Assembly (NCBI GenBank): GCA_964371245.1 | Contig: CAYJKP010000003.1 | Coordinates: 8,986 to 72,985, forward strand | Length of the DNA stretch: 64,000 bases | Direction: 5' to 3' | Source: an uncultured Gammaproteobacteria bacterium | Lineage (GTDB): Bacteria > Patescibacteriota > Patescibacteriia > JAHIZJ01 | Shown here: in pieces, positions 21,487-31,097 of the stretch | How positions within the stretch are numbered: position 1 is the first letter of the stretch | How the letters are laid out: each line of letters starts with the position of its first letter | Position numbers and translations under genes: made by a program | The notes under the pieces: generated by a model | What the model was told of the DNA's origin: nothing | Database searches by the model: none | The model's input: the letters and a program-made list of their open reading frames with translations, nothing else

Positions 21487-22683
21487 ATGCGCTTTAGTTA
21501 CATTGTCTTTCTCGCCACTAATAGCCTGCGAAAACGAAAACTGCGAAGTTTCTTGACGATCGGCGGAATGGTCGTCGGCATTAGCGCGATTGTTTTTCTC
21601 GTCTCGCTTGGCTTCGGTTTGCAGAAACTTCTGAAAGAGCGGGTGACGAACATCGAAGCGCTGACGATTCTCGAAGTCAGTACTGGCGAATCGACCTTGC
21701 TCAAGATAGATAAGCGGGCAACTGATGGCTTCAAATCGATTCCGAACGTTATCGACGTCAGTCCGTCGGTCAGTATTTCCGGCCAAGCGCTATTCAAAAA
21801 CGCCGGCACGGACATTGCCGTCTTTGGCGTCAATCCCAGCTATGTCGGCATTGAAGGGATCCGGTTAGTCGATTCTGGCCGCACGCTCAACGAAGACGCG
21901 AAAGACGAAGCGCTTCTGACTACCACCGCGCTCGAACTGCTTGGCATCACAAACAATCAGGATGTGCTCGGGCAAACCATTCGTCTCAAGGTATTTGTCA
22001 CCGACCCCGAGTCTGAAACCGGCGAGCAGATTTCAGAAGACGTCAGCGTTAAAGTTGTCGGAGTGATTGAAGACGCCGAACTCAGCATCGCGTACGTTCC
22101 GTTGAGCCTGATCGAGCCGTTTGGCATCAAGCAGTATAATACCGCCAAGGTGAAAGTGACGGAACGGTCCAAACTCGAAGATGTTCGCATCCGCATTGAA
22201 AACCTGGGTTATCAGGTTGATTCGCTCGCCGATACGGTCGGCCAAATTGATCAAATTTTCATCGTCTTCCAGATTATCATGGGTGGCTTCGGATTAATCG
22301 CCATGTTTGTCGCGTCACTCGGCGCTTTTAATACCTTAACCGTTTCCTTGTTAGAACGTACCCGTGAAGTCGGTATTATGAAAGCGCTTGGTTCAACCCG
22401 GAAAGATATCTATCGGCTTTTTTTGACTGAGTCGTGGCTGATCGCCGTGACTGGCGGTCTGCTCGGCGTTACGGTCGGCTGGGCCAGCGGGGCGCTGGCG
22501 AACGTCGGCTTGAATTATCTGGCACAACGGTTTGGTGGCGAGCCAGTGAGCGTTTTCTATACGCCCTGGCTCTTCGTGGCTGGGATGATTGTACTGGCTC
22601 TTCTGATCGGTTTCCTGACTGGTGTCTATCCCGCCCGACGCGCCTCGAGCTTGAATCCGCTCGACGCCCTGCGGTACGAATAA
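21487..22683 (+). CDS. MacB/FtsX-family ABC permease
   Basis: KLRSFLTIGG, ERTREVGIMKALG, YPARRASSLNPLDALRYE. Confidence 0.92.
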   Translation: MRFSYIVFLATNSLRKRKLRSFLTIGGMVVGISAIVFLVSLGFGLQKLLKERVTNIEALTILEVSTGESTLLKIDKRATDGFKSIPNVIDVSPSVSISGQALFKNAGTDIAVFGVNPSYVGIEGIRLVDSGRTLNEDAKDEALLTTTALELLGITNNQDVLGQTIRLKVFVTDPESETGEQISEDVSVKVVGVIEDAELSIAYVPLSLIEPFGIKQYNTAKVKVTERSKLEDVRIRIENLGYQVDSLADTVGQIDQIFIVFQIIMGGFGLIAMFVASLGAFNTLTVSLLERTREVGIMKALGSTRKDIYRLFLTESWLIAVTGGLLGVTVGWASGALANVGLNYLAQRFGGEPVSVFYTPWLFVAGMIVLALLIGFLTGVYPARRASSLNPLDALRYE

Positions 22684-22726
22684 TCCGGCATATTTAAAAA
22701 ATCAGCCGCCAAAGCTGTTTTTTATT

Positions 22727-22801
22727 TGGTAGCCCCACGGGGAATCGAACCCCGATTATCGGCTTGAAAAGCCGGTGTCCTAACCGTTAGACGATAGGGC
22801 C
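22727..22801 (-). tRNA. tRNA-Glu(TTC)
   Basis: Reverse complement GGCCCTATCGTCTAACGGTTAGGACACCGGCTTTTCAAGCCGATAATCGGGGTTCGATTCCCCGTGGGGCTACCA. Confidence 0.97.
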
Positions 22802-22890
22802 AGGCAATGATAGAAATTTGTAATTCAGTTTCTACAATAGCGTTTCAAAAGAATTTTGTCAATCATGGCGAACTACGTTAGAATACACAT

Positions 22891-23880
22891 ATGAAAATCC
22901 TCGCCCTCGAAACATCCTGCGACGACACCGCGGTCAGCGTTGTTGAGATAACACCACGAGCGACACGCGTGTTATTTGAAGTGGCCTCGTCCCAAGTAAC
23001 TACGCACGCGAAATACGGCGGGATCGTGCCCGAGGTGGCTGCCCGTATGCATTGCGAAAACATCGGACCGATTATCAGAGAGGCCTTGCAATGGCATTCA
23101 CCCGACACCATCGATCGGATCGCTGTCACCGCCGGCCCGGGACTCATCACGTCGCTCCTGATCGGTGTTGAAACCGCTAAAACGCTCGCCTACGCTCTCC
23201 GGAAGCCAATTATTGCTGTCCATCACGTTGAGGGGCATATATACTCGTCGCTCATCAAGAATCGGCGGGTTCGGTTTCCGGCTCTCGCCCTGATCGTCTC
23301 CGGTGGCCACACTGACATTATTCTGATGACTGGCTTTGGCCAATACCAGATCGTCGGCCGAACCCAAGACGACGCGGCCGGTGAAGCGTTTGATAAGGTC
23401 GCCAAACTCCTTCGCCTCGGCTACCCGGGTGGCCCGATCATTCAAGCGCGCGCCCGGCGCGGCCGGCCAGCGGCTTTCGCCCTCCCGCGTCCGATGCTGG
23501 AGCAAAAGAATTTCGATTTTAGTTTTGCTGGTCTAAAAACAGCGGTTCTCTATCTCTATCAATCGGGAAAAATTCCGAGCTCGAAAATCAATAATCTCTG
23601 CGCTTCTTTTCAGCAAGCCGTGGTTGACGTTTTGGTGACAAAAACGCTACGGGCAGCGGAGAAATATGGCGTCAAAACAATCCTCTTGGGTGGTGGCGTT
23701 GCCGCAAACACGCTTCTGCGCGCAACCCTGACAAAAGAAGCAAATCGACGGGGATACGCTTTCCGTATGCCCACGCTGTTTCATTCAACCGATAACGCCA
23801 CGATGATCGCTCAGGCAGCCTACTACCGAAAACCAACGCCGTGGCAGCGTATAAAAGCTGATCCGAACCTTCCGCTGTAA
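22891..23880 (+). CDS. tsaD: tRNA N6-threonylcarbamoyladenosine synthesis protein TsaD
   Basis: LETSCDDT, GGIVPEVAARMH, HHVEGH, VSGGHT, DDAAGEAFDKVA, TDNA. Confidence 0.97.
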   Translation: MKILALETSCDDTAVSVVEITPRATRVLFEVASSQVTTHAKYGGIVPEVAARMHCENIGPIIREALQWHSPDTIDRIAVTAGPGLITSLLIGVETAKTLAYALRKPIIAVHHVEGHIYSSLIKNRRVRFPALALIVSGGHTDIILMTGFGQYQIVGRTQDDAAGEAFDKVAKLLRLGYPGGPIIQARARRGRPAAFALPRPMLEQKNFDFSFAGLKTAVLYLYQSGKIPSSKINNLCASFQQAVVDVLVTKTLRAAEKYGVKTILLGGGVAANTLLRATLTKEANRRGYAFRMPTLFHSTDNATMIAQAAYYRKPTPWQRIKADPNLPL

Positions 23881-24033
23881 TAATCTACAAACACCCGGGC
23901 AATTATTACCGCTCCAGAAATCCCCTAAAGCGATTTGCTAACTGGGGTGGCCAATGTTTGCGCTTTACGCGCTCATCAAGTACAATAAAAGCGCCTGAAA
24001 ATGGTGTTTTTTACTAGTCCGGACAAAAGTTTT

Positions 24034-26706
24034 ATGCCGACCGAAATCCCAAAAGCCTACGATCCAAAAACAGTCGAGCAGGATTTGTATAAAGCCTGGA
24101 AAGAATCAGGGTATTTTAATCCTGACAAGCTCCCGGGCAAGCGGACAGAGGCATACTCAATTGCCATGCCTCCTTTTAACGTCACCGGCATCCTTCATAT
24201 TGGCCACGCGGTTTTGCTGGCGCTCCAAGATATTATGATTCGTTTCGAACGTATGCGCGGGAAAAAAACGCTCTGGTTGCCCGGCACCGATCACGCCGCT
24301 ATCGCCACCCAGAATGTCGTCGAACAAGAATTGAAAGAGGAGGGGAAAACAAAATATGATCTCGGACGCGAACAGTTTTTCGAACGCGTGACGCGTTTCG
24401 CCGATTCGCAGCACGGCCGTATCGTCGAACAGATTTCCCGGATGGGTGCGAGCTGCGACTGGTCGCGGGAACGGTTTACTCTCGATGCCGGACTGTCTAC
24501 AGCTGTCACTTCGGCCTTTACGACGCTATACGACGACGGTCTGATTTACCGTGGTGACCGGATTGTAAACTGGTGTCCGCGCTGCCAGTCCACGCTGGCC
24601 GACGATGAAGTGGAATACAAAGAAAAAAAGACACCCTTCTACTATTTCAAATACGGGCCGGTTATTATCGGCACCGCCCGACCGGAAACAAAATTCGGCG
24701 ATAAGGTCATTGTCGTCCATCCCGACGACAAACGATACGCAAAACTGGTTGGTACTTCTTTCGAGGTCGAGTGGATCCTCGGACCAATCACCGCCCGCGT
24801 CATCGCCGATCCGGTTGTTGACCCGGAGCTGGGCACCGGCGCCATGACGATTACGCCCGGACACAGTTTTGAGGATTTTGCGCTGGCGCAAAAATACGGC
24901 CTGCCGATTGAAAAAATAATAGATGAAAGCGGACACCTGACCGAGGCCGCTGGCCCGATGAAGGGCTTGCCTGTCAAAGAAGCTCGGAAAAAGGTGGTCG
25001 AGGCTCTTGAGAAAAAGGGCTTGCTTGATCATATCGACGAAAATTATACTCATAACCTTTCGGTCTGCTATCGTTGCGGCACGCCCATCGAGCCCCTGGT
25101 CTCACGCCAATGGTTTCTGGCCGTCGATAAACCGGCTAAGCGACTTGGGAATAAGACCCTGAAGCAGCGCGCCTTGGAAGTGGTTGAAAATAATGAGATT
25201 GCGTTTGTACCCGACCGTTTTACGAAAGTGTACCGGCACTGGATGGAGAATCTCCACGACTGGTGCATCTCGCGCCAGATCTGGTACGGACACAAGATAC
25301 CAATTTGGTATTGCGAAGATTGCCACAAGGATCCGAAAAAATACCAGTCTGGTGAATATTATTGGCTGCCAGAAGAAAATACCCCGACCGCCTGTCCGCG
25401 CTGCCACGGCCAAGACATCCATCAGGACCACGATACTCTCGACACCTGGTTTTCTTCGGGCTTATGGACGTTTTCCACGCTCGGCTGGCCGATAACTAAA
25501 GACATGGGCTTTGACGCGTCATTAGTTGAACTGGTGAAATCCGGGAAAAAGACAAAAACGTTTCGTCTGCGTGACCATAATCTGTCGGCTGGAGAAACAT
25601 GTCTGACGCACGACAGTAAAACGAAAAATAAGTTCGGCTATTTGCGCATTGTTAGTTCGATCAAAATTTCGTTCAGCGAAATTGCGCTCCAAGCAGCCGG
25701 ACACGAACCGTATAAAAGCCAAGCGGAATTGAAAAAAACGTTTCAAAAATACTACCCGGACACGGTAATAACGCCGGAAACGCCGGTCTGGGTGTATGAA
25801 TTTGTCTTTCAAAAAGAATCTGATTTGGAGCAATTCCACCCTACCTCAATCCTGGAAACTGCTTACGACATTATCTTTTTCTGGGTGGCGCGAATGATCC
25901 TCATGTCCACCTATCTGGTCGGCAAGATCCCGTTCAAAACCGTGTATCTCCACGGCTTGGTGCGTGACAAAAAGGGACGGAAGATGTCTAAATCGCTCGG
26001 CAATGGCATTGACCCACTGGAGATGGCCGACAAATACGGGGCAGACGCGGTGCGACTCGCGCTCGTCATCGGTACGACGCCAGGGAACGATCAAAAACTC
26101 GACGAACAGAAGATTGCCGGCTTTCGCAACTACGTTAATAAGGTCTGGAATATCGGCCGGTTCATTGCCCTTCAGAGCGCGGATAAAAAACCCGGGAAAC
26201 CAAAAACGGAAACACTGGCCGACAAATGGATTATCAGCCGTTTGCATACTATTATTCGTGACCATTCAACGCATCTGGAAAAATTCGAGTTTTCCCAGGC
26301 GGGTGAAAAAATATACGACTTTGCCTGGCATGAATTCGCCGATTGGTACCTGGAAATAACGAAACTAGAGGGCAATGTGGCCCTGGCCCATCAGGTGTTT
26401 GGTGAAATCTTAAAACTTCTTCATCCCTATATGCCCTTTGTCACGGAAGTGCTCTGGCAACAGCTTGATTACGATAAAGATTTGCTCATGATTCAGAAGT
26501 GGCCGACGTCCGACCAGTCAAAATACAATCCTGAGGCGGAGAAAAAGTTTGCCGAACTCCAACAGACTATCACCGAATACCGCCGGCAGCGGAAGGAGTC
26601 AGGTGCCCCGGCCGGGCAAGCCATATCCGTACCTGTGCCGACTGGCTTAGCCGAAGAGCTTAAACCGATTATTGAGCGCCTGGCAAAAGTAACATTTACG
26701 ACTTAG
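24034..26706 (+). CDS. valS: valine--tRNA ligase with internal ASCH-like insertion
   Basis: HIGH, PGTDHAAIATQ, DWCISRQ, DTWFSS, KMSKS; about 105-aa insert at 25501-25812. Confidence 0.96.
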   Translation: MPTEIPKAYDPKTVEQDLYKAWKESGYFNPDKLPGKRTEAYSIAMPPFNVTGILHIGHAVLLALQDIMIRFERMRGKKTLWLPGTDHAAIATQNVVEQELKEEGKTKYDLGREQFFERVTRFADSQHGRIVEQISRMGASCDWSRERFTLDAGLSTAVTSAFTTLYDDGLIYRGDRIVNWCPRCQSTLADDEVEYKEKKTPFYYFKYGPVIIGTARPETKFGDKVIVVHPDDKRYAKLVGTSFEVEWILGPITARVIADPVVDPELGTGAMTITPGHSFEDFALAQKYGLPIEKIIDESGHLTEAAGPMKGLPVKEARKKVVEALEKKGLLDHIDENYTHNLSVCYRCGTPIEPLVSRQWFLAVDKPAKRLGNKTLKQRALEVVENNEIAFVPDRFTKVYRHWMENLHDWCISRQIWYGHKIPIWYCEDCHKDPKKYQSGEYYWLPEENTPTACPRCHGQDIHQDHDTLDTWFSSGLWTFSTLGWPITKDMGFDASLVELVKSGKKTKTFRLRDHNLSAGETCLTHDSKTKNKFGYLRIVSSIKISFSEIALQAAGHEPYKSQAELKKTFQKYYPDTVITPETPVWVYEFVFQKESDLEQFHPTSILETAYDIIFFWVARMILMSTYLVGKIPFKTVYLHGLVRDKKGRKMSKSLGNGIDPLEMADKYGADAVRLALVIGTTPGNDQKLDEQKIAGFRNYVNKVWNIGRFIALQSADKKPGKPKTETLADKWIISRLHTIIRDHSTHLEKFEFSQAGEKIYDFAWHEFADWYLEITKLEGNVALAHQVFGEILKLLHPYMPFVTEVLWQQLDYDKDLLMIQKWPTSDQSKYNPEAEKKFAELQQTITEYRRQRKESGAPAGQAISVPVPTGLAEELKPIIERLAKVTFTT

Positions 26707-26707
26707 T

Positions 26708-27880
26708 ATGTCCTATCGTGGCGAACATGGATTTCCGCACTTAAGCATTGAGGCGATGGAACGCGACCTGTCTGATGTTGAGTATGACGTATCTAATGTC
26801 CTGGCTTCCCCGTATAAAAAACGGCAGCCGCAGCATGACCGCCTCGTTCAGGAACATGGCGGTCTGTCTCCGTATGAACCGGAAGAGCTCGCTGCGGACC
26901 GCCGCACCATCATTGATCTGGGACGCCGCGATCAGACTGAAGATACCGTCCGCGGGCGTATTCTGGAAGCGTTTCTGGCTGAACACGCTCCCACGCTGGG
27001 CTGGTTTGGGCCTGAGTCTCATGCGGTAACCACCTGCGAATACGACAATCGGTGCAACGCCACAGACATGGTATTGACTTTGCCGGGGAAAGACGGCCAA
27101 CCGGCGCACCTGGCGATTGACGTTACGACGGCCACCAGCGGGGGCGCCCTGTCAGAAAAGCAACACTGGCTGAAGCAGTCGCTTGAAACCGGGGAACTGA
27201 CGAGTTTGAAGTATTACTTTGACGCCACCGAACCGGTGATCGGCGTCCGGCGCCTGGAACATATCCCGCGGGTGGTCATCGGCTTGCCGGCGGATGCGGT
27301 CGGCGAATTATGTAAGCTGTTGGAGCCTTATTTGAAATCCGGCCAGCGCCATACCGGGGAAGTAAATCTGCGCGAACACCCGCTCAAAGAAGAATTAATC
27401 AGTTCAACGGTGTCACAGCTGGAGCAACAGATTCTTTTCCTTGTGGTCCATTATTTTGAGCTCATTTCCAAACGCGATCCGCACGGAACCTGCGTGTATA
27501 TCACAAAAACGCGACTGCCTGAACAATTTGAGCAGTTTTCCAAATTGATCCATTCCCTTACTGAAGTAATGTTAACATCCGATCCTGCCAGCGTAACCAA
27601 GCGCCTGCCACTACTAACGCAATCGGTCGAAGTATTGGAATCGCTCGGCAAACGTTTTCAGGTAGATTTTCCCCTGGGGCAATGCGTACGTAAAATTAGT
27701 GAGATTCGCGACTTGCTGGCTTCCTCCCGGCCAAATGAAAAAGGTTCCGAAAAACGCATTAGCGATCCCGGAACCGAGGCGGTCCGTTTGTCGGACCGTG
27801 AATGGACACGTGCTGATGATCATGGCTTTACCCCCTGGTTTCGTCGCGCCGCAGAACTCGTAGAGCTCGAGCAGCGATAG
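26708..27880 (+). CDS. hypothetical protein, possible PD-(D/E)xK-like fold
   Basis: 390-aa ORF directly after valS; E...TDMVL...LAIDVTT arrangement. Confidence 0.6.
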   Translation: MSYRGEHGFPHLSIEAMERDLSDVEYDVSNVLASPYKKRQPQHDRLVQEHGGLSPYEPEELAADRRTIIDLGRRDQTEDTVRGRILEAFLAEHAPTLGWFGPESHAVTTCEYDNRCNATDMVLTLPGKDGQPAHLAIDVTTATSGGALSEKQHWLKQSLETGELTSLKYYFDATEPVIGVRRLEHIPRVVIGLPADAVGELCKLLEPYLKSGQRHTGEVNLREHPLKEELISSTVSQLEQQILFLVVHYFELISKRDPHGTCVYITKTRLPEQFEQFSKLIHSLTEVMLTSDPASVTKRLPLLTQSVEVLESLGKRFQVDFPLGQCVRKISEIRDLLASSRPNEKGSEKRISDPGTEAVRLSDREWTRADDHGFTPWFRRAAELVELEQR

Positions 27881-27959
27881 AAACGAGGATGATCCACCAG
27901 CTCATCCGCGTTAGCTTACGCTGAGTCTCTCGGAACAGAAATTCGTCGGTTCTGGCCAT
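27828..27959 (-). CDS. putative 43-aa hydrophobic/basic small protein
   Basis: MARTDEFLFRETQRKLTRMSWWIILVSIAARALRVLRRDETRG; purine-rich RBS GAAGGAAGGGAG and TTGACA-17-TAGGAT promoter upstream. Confidence 0.45.
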   Translation of the reverse strand: MARTDEFLFRETQRKLTRMSWWIILVSIAARALRVLRRDETRG

Positions 27960-28069
27960 CGGCTTTCTCCCTTCCTTCGTTTGCAGCAATACGGTATGCC
28001 CGATCCTACCACGGGTCTGGCGCGTTGTCAAGACAGGGCAAAGTAACTCTAATATCTATTTTGGAAATT

Positions 28070-28092
28070 AAAAAAACCCTTGTCGGGTTTTT
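28070..28092 (-). terminator. terminator after pilB
   Basis: AAAAAAACCC-TTGTC-GGGTTTTT hairpin. Confidence 0.55.
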
Positions 28093-28104
28093 ATTTTTGT
28101 CTAC

Positions 28105-29811
28105 TTATTCGGCCACTCGAAAGACTTCGTCGAGACTGGTAATACCATCCAGGGCTTTGAGCAGGCCATCTTGAACGATGGTAATCATGCCGTTTTTCAC
28201 CGCCGCATCTTGAATGGCATATTCCGAGACCTGACCGCTGAGAATTATTTTCTCAATGTCAGGATTCATCATCATGACTTCGTAAATACCCGTCCGGCCT
28301 TTTAAGCCGAGGTGATGACACGCGTCGCAGCCCGTGCCCTTATAGAATTTAAGGGAGTTAAGATCAACGCGATATCCTGAATTTTCAGGTATTTTGCCTA
28401 AATTGTCCTTTGCTTTGGCCAGCTCTTCTTCAGTCGGTGTATATTCAGCCTTGCACTTATCGCATACCCGTCGGACCAGCCGTTGGGCCATAATCGCATT
28501 CAGTGCTGGCGCTAAGAGAAATGGTCGGGCGTCGAGGGCCATAAACCGAGGAATTGTCCCGGCGGCACCATTGGTATGGACGGTCGATAACACTAAATGG
28601 CCGGTGAGCGCGGCTTGGATCGCGATCTCGGTCGTTTCAGCGTCCCGGATTTCACCAACCATGACGATATCGGGGTCTTGCCGGAGAATCGCCCGCAAAC
28701 CCTTGGCGAACGTATACTCCCGGCTGGAATCAATCTGGCTTTGGCTGATGCCGGGGAGTTTGTACTCGACCGGGTCTTCTAAGGTAATAATTTTCGTTTC
28801 CGGACGATTGAGAAGATTGAGAATGGCATAAAGGGTGGTGGTTTTACCGGAACCAGTCGGACCGGTCGTGATGATCATTCCGTTCGGGCGTTTCACCTCT
28901 TTTTTCAGTTGCTCGTAGGCTATGCCTCGGATACCGAGCTGATCAAAGGCCAGCGCGGTCGCTGACGAATGGAGGAGGCGCATTACCACGCTTTCGCCAT
29001 AGGCGGTGGGCAGAGTCGAAACGCGGATATCAATTTTTTCGTCTTGCATCGCCACGGTAATTCGGCCATCCTGCGGCACGGTCGTGATATTCATCTTCAG
29101 TTTCGCCATGAGCTTAATTCGACTGATAATCTTCGGCCAGCGCTCCGGCGGCATTGCGGCCACGTCATATAATACGCCGTCAATCCGAAAGCGGACTTTT
29201 ATCTCATGCTCTTGCGCCTCGACGTGGATATCCGATGAGCCGGCGTTAATAGCCGAGGCAAGAATCATGGTAAACACCTCAGTCAGCGAGCCAGACTTTA
29301 TCTGGGCGTCAAGCGTCTGAAAATCTGTTATCCGCTGCTTAAACTGGTCAATGTCAGCTTGGCTGATTTCGAGATCGCGCGATACCATCTTCACCTTCAC
29401 CACGCGATCGTAGTGTTTTAAGGCCCACTGCCAGCTATCTTCTGAAATAAGGTAGAGTTCGACCTTGCCCTGGAATTTCTGGGCGAGCCGCTGGAGAATC
29501 TGATCAAGGCCGGCCGCTTGCGGCTCGACAACACCCACTCGTACGCCGCTCGACCCCTGATAAAATGCTATGATCCGGCAATCTTTTGCCTCGGTTTCTG
29601 TTATCAGGGAAATGATATCCGGGCTGATCGGATAGCCCCGCAGGCTGATATACGGCAAACCTAAATCCTGGGCCCGTTGTCGGGTCGCTCGTTCTTGCTC
29701 CCGGACGTCGATTTCTTTCATTTTGTCCTGGAGCTTGTCGGTCGCCGTTACTTTTTTCTGGGCGGCCTTTGATTGACGCAATAAATCTTCGATCGATTGG
29801 GTATCAGCCAT
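28105..29811 (-). CDS. pilB: GspE/PilB-family pilus assembly ATPase
   Basis: SSDIHVE, PQDGRI, GPTGSGKTTTLY, RQDPDIVMVGEIRD, tetracysteine motif (CDKC...CDAC). Confidence 0.9.
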   Translation of the reverse strand: MADTQSIEDLLRQSKAAQKKVTATDKLQDKMKEIDVREQERATRQRAQDLGLPYISLRGYPISPDIISLITETEAKDCRIIAFYQGSSGVRVGVVEPQAAGLDQILQRLAQKFQGKVELYLISEDSWQWALKHYDRVVKVKMVSRDLEISQADIDQFKQRITDFQTLDAQIKSGSLTEVFTMILASAINAGSSDIHVEAQEHEIKVRFRIDGVLYDVAAMPPERWPKIISRIKLMAKLKMNITTVPQDGRITVAMQDEKIDIRVSTLPTAYGESVVMRLLHSSATALAFDQLGIRGIAYEQLKKEVKRPNGMIITTGPTGSGKTTTLYAILNLLNRPETKIITLEDPVEYKLPGISQSQIDSSREYTFAKGLRAILRQDPDIVMVGEIRDAETTEIAIQAALTGHLVLSTVHTNGAAGTIPRFMALDARPFLLAPALNAIMAQRLVRRVCDKCKAEYTPTEEELAKAKDNLGKIPENSGYRVDLNSLKFYKGTGCDACHHLGLKGRTGIYEVMMMNPDIEKIILSGQVSEYAIQDAAVKNGMITIVQDGLLKALDGITSLDEVFRVAE

Positions 29812-29876
29812 ATCGACTACAGTATATCAGATTCTGGGATAATAAAAAACAGCTGGCCAGGCTATTTTTTCTAATC

Positions 29877-31010
29877 TTACGCGATATGCGGTTGGAGTAT
29901 TTTGAGTATCGTTTGTTCGGCCACGAGCAGATCTTTTTCCGGCAGACGTATTTTTGTAAAATCATGGCTGCCCTCTGCCTGGAAGGCTTTAAAAACCGCC
30001 AGGGCGTCAACGTTGGTTGGAGTTGAAACAATGCCATGAATTTGCTGGGGTTTTTTTTCGTACAGGATGAAGATGGCTTTTGCTTCCGGCGTGTTCACGA
30101 TCAGCTCATCAATAACCCCGGGCAGGTCTTCGGGCCGGGCGCCTGATTTTGTGAAGTCCTCGGCGGTCAGCAACGACCAGACAATGGTATTGTTTTTTGT
30201 TGACCGAAGCCGGGCCAGCGTCCGACCCCAGAGCTTGAGCGTTTCGATCGATTTCGTTTGATACAAGTTCTTGATAATCTCTTCGCGCCGGGCGCCCGAA
30301 TCGATGAGATGGCTGGCGATCGCCAACGACTTCGGCGTTACGGCCGGACTCTGGAAGCTTTTCGTCTTTGAAATGATGCCGGTCAATAGATTCGTGGCGA
30401 TGTATTCGTCCAAGAGCTCGCCGCCGAGCGATTTCGCGAGTTCAAAAACGATTTCAGAAATCGAGGTGGCGGTGACGTCGACCAGATTGACCTGGCCGAA
30501 ATTTTCATTCGCCGCTTCGTGGTCAATATTGAGGATCGGCGTCCGGTAGAAAAACTCGGTTTGGTCATCGTACATCTTGCCGAGCGATTCGAGATCGGGC
30601 GCGCCAAGGATAATGATGAGGTTGTACGCGAAATTCCCGTAGGCCAGCGTAACATCCTTTTCTTCAAAATATCCGTTCCGTGGTGTAATATAGATATTGA
30701 GCTTCTTGTTTTGAATATCATAGCTAAGCTCCTCCACGCTGGTCCGGCTGACGTCGAGCGAGATAATGAATTGGCGCAAACTCGAGAGCTCGGTGTGAAT
30801 ATCGTCGCTTTTGGCCAAAAAGTTTACGTTCGGTGGCAGCCGAAATTCGTTGCAGACCACCTTGGCGTCTTTCTTCAGTTTTTCCAGGACTAAAAAAAGG
30901 CCGAGTCCAGAGGCAACGGCATCGACTGATGGATTTCGCGGGAGGACAATGATAATGCTGCTGGACTTTTTAATGATATCTTGCGCTTGTTGAAGTGGGG
31001 TTAAAGCCAT
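29877..31010 (-). CDS. DHH-family phosphoesterase-like protein with degenerate catalytic motifs
   Basis: NPSVDAVASG, NIDHE, ATSISE, GIISKTKSF. Confidence 0.75.
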   Translation of the reverse strand: MALTPLQQAQDIIKKSSSIIIVLPRNPSVDAVASGLGLFLVLEKLKKDAKVVCNEFRLPPNVNFLAKSDDIHTELSSLRQFIISLDVSRTSVEELSYDIQNKKLNIYITPRNGYFEEKDVTLAYGNFAYNLIIILGAPDLESLGKMYDDQTEFFYRTPILNIDHEAANENFGQVNLVDVTATSISEIVFELAKSLGGELLDEYIATNLLTGIISKTKSFQSPAVTPKSLAIASHLIDSGARREEIIKNLYQTKSIETLKLWGRTLARLRSTKNNTIVWSLLTAEDFTKSGARPEDLPGVIDELIVNTPEAKAIFILYEKKPQQIHGIVSTPTNVDALAVFKAFQAEGSHDFTKIRLPEKDLLVAEQTILKILQPHIA

Positions 31011-31097
31011 GACAAAATATGAGGTATTTTTTGAGAATTCCTTAGCATATCCTACTTATACGAGGCTGTCAAGAATTCCTCGCTATTTCACTCACCG

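Noticed and set aside
25501-25812. Intein or intron in valS
   Set aside because: No Cys/Ser start, His-Asn end or homing-endonuclease motif; frame is continuous
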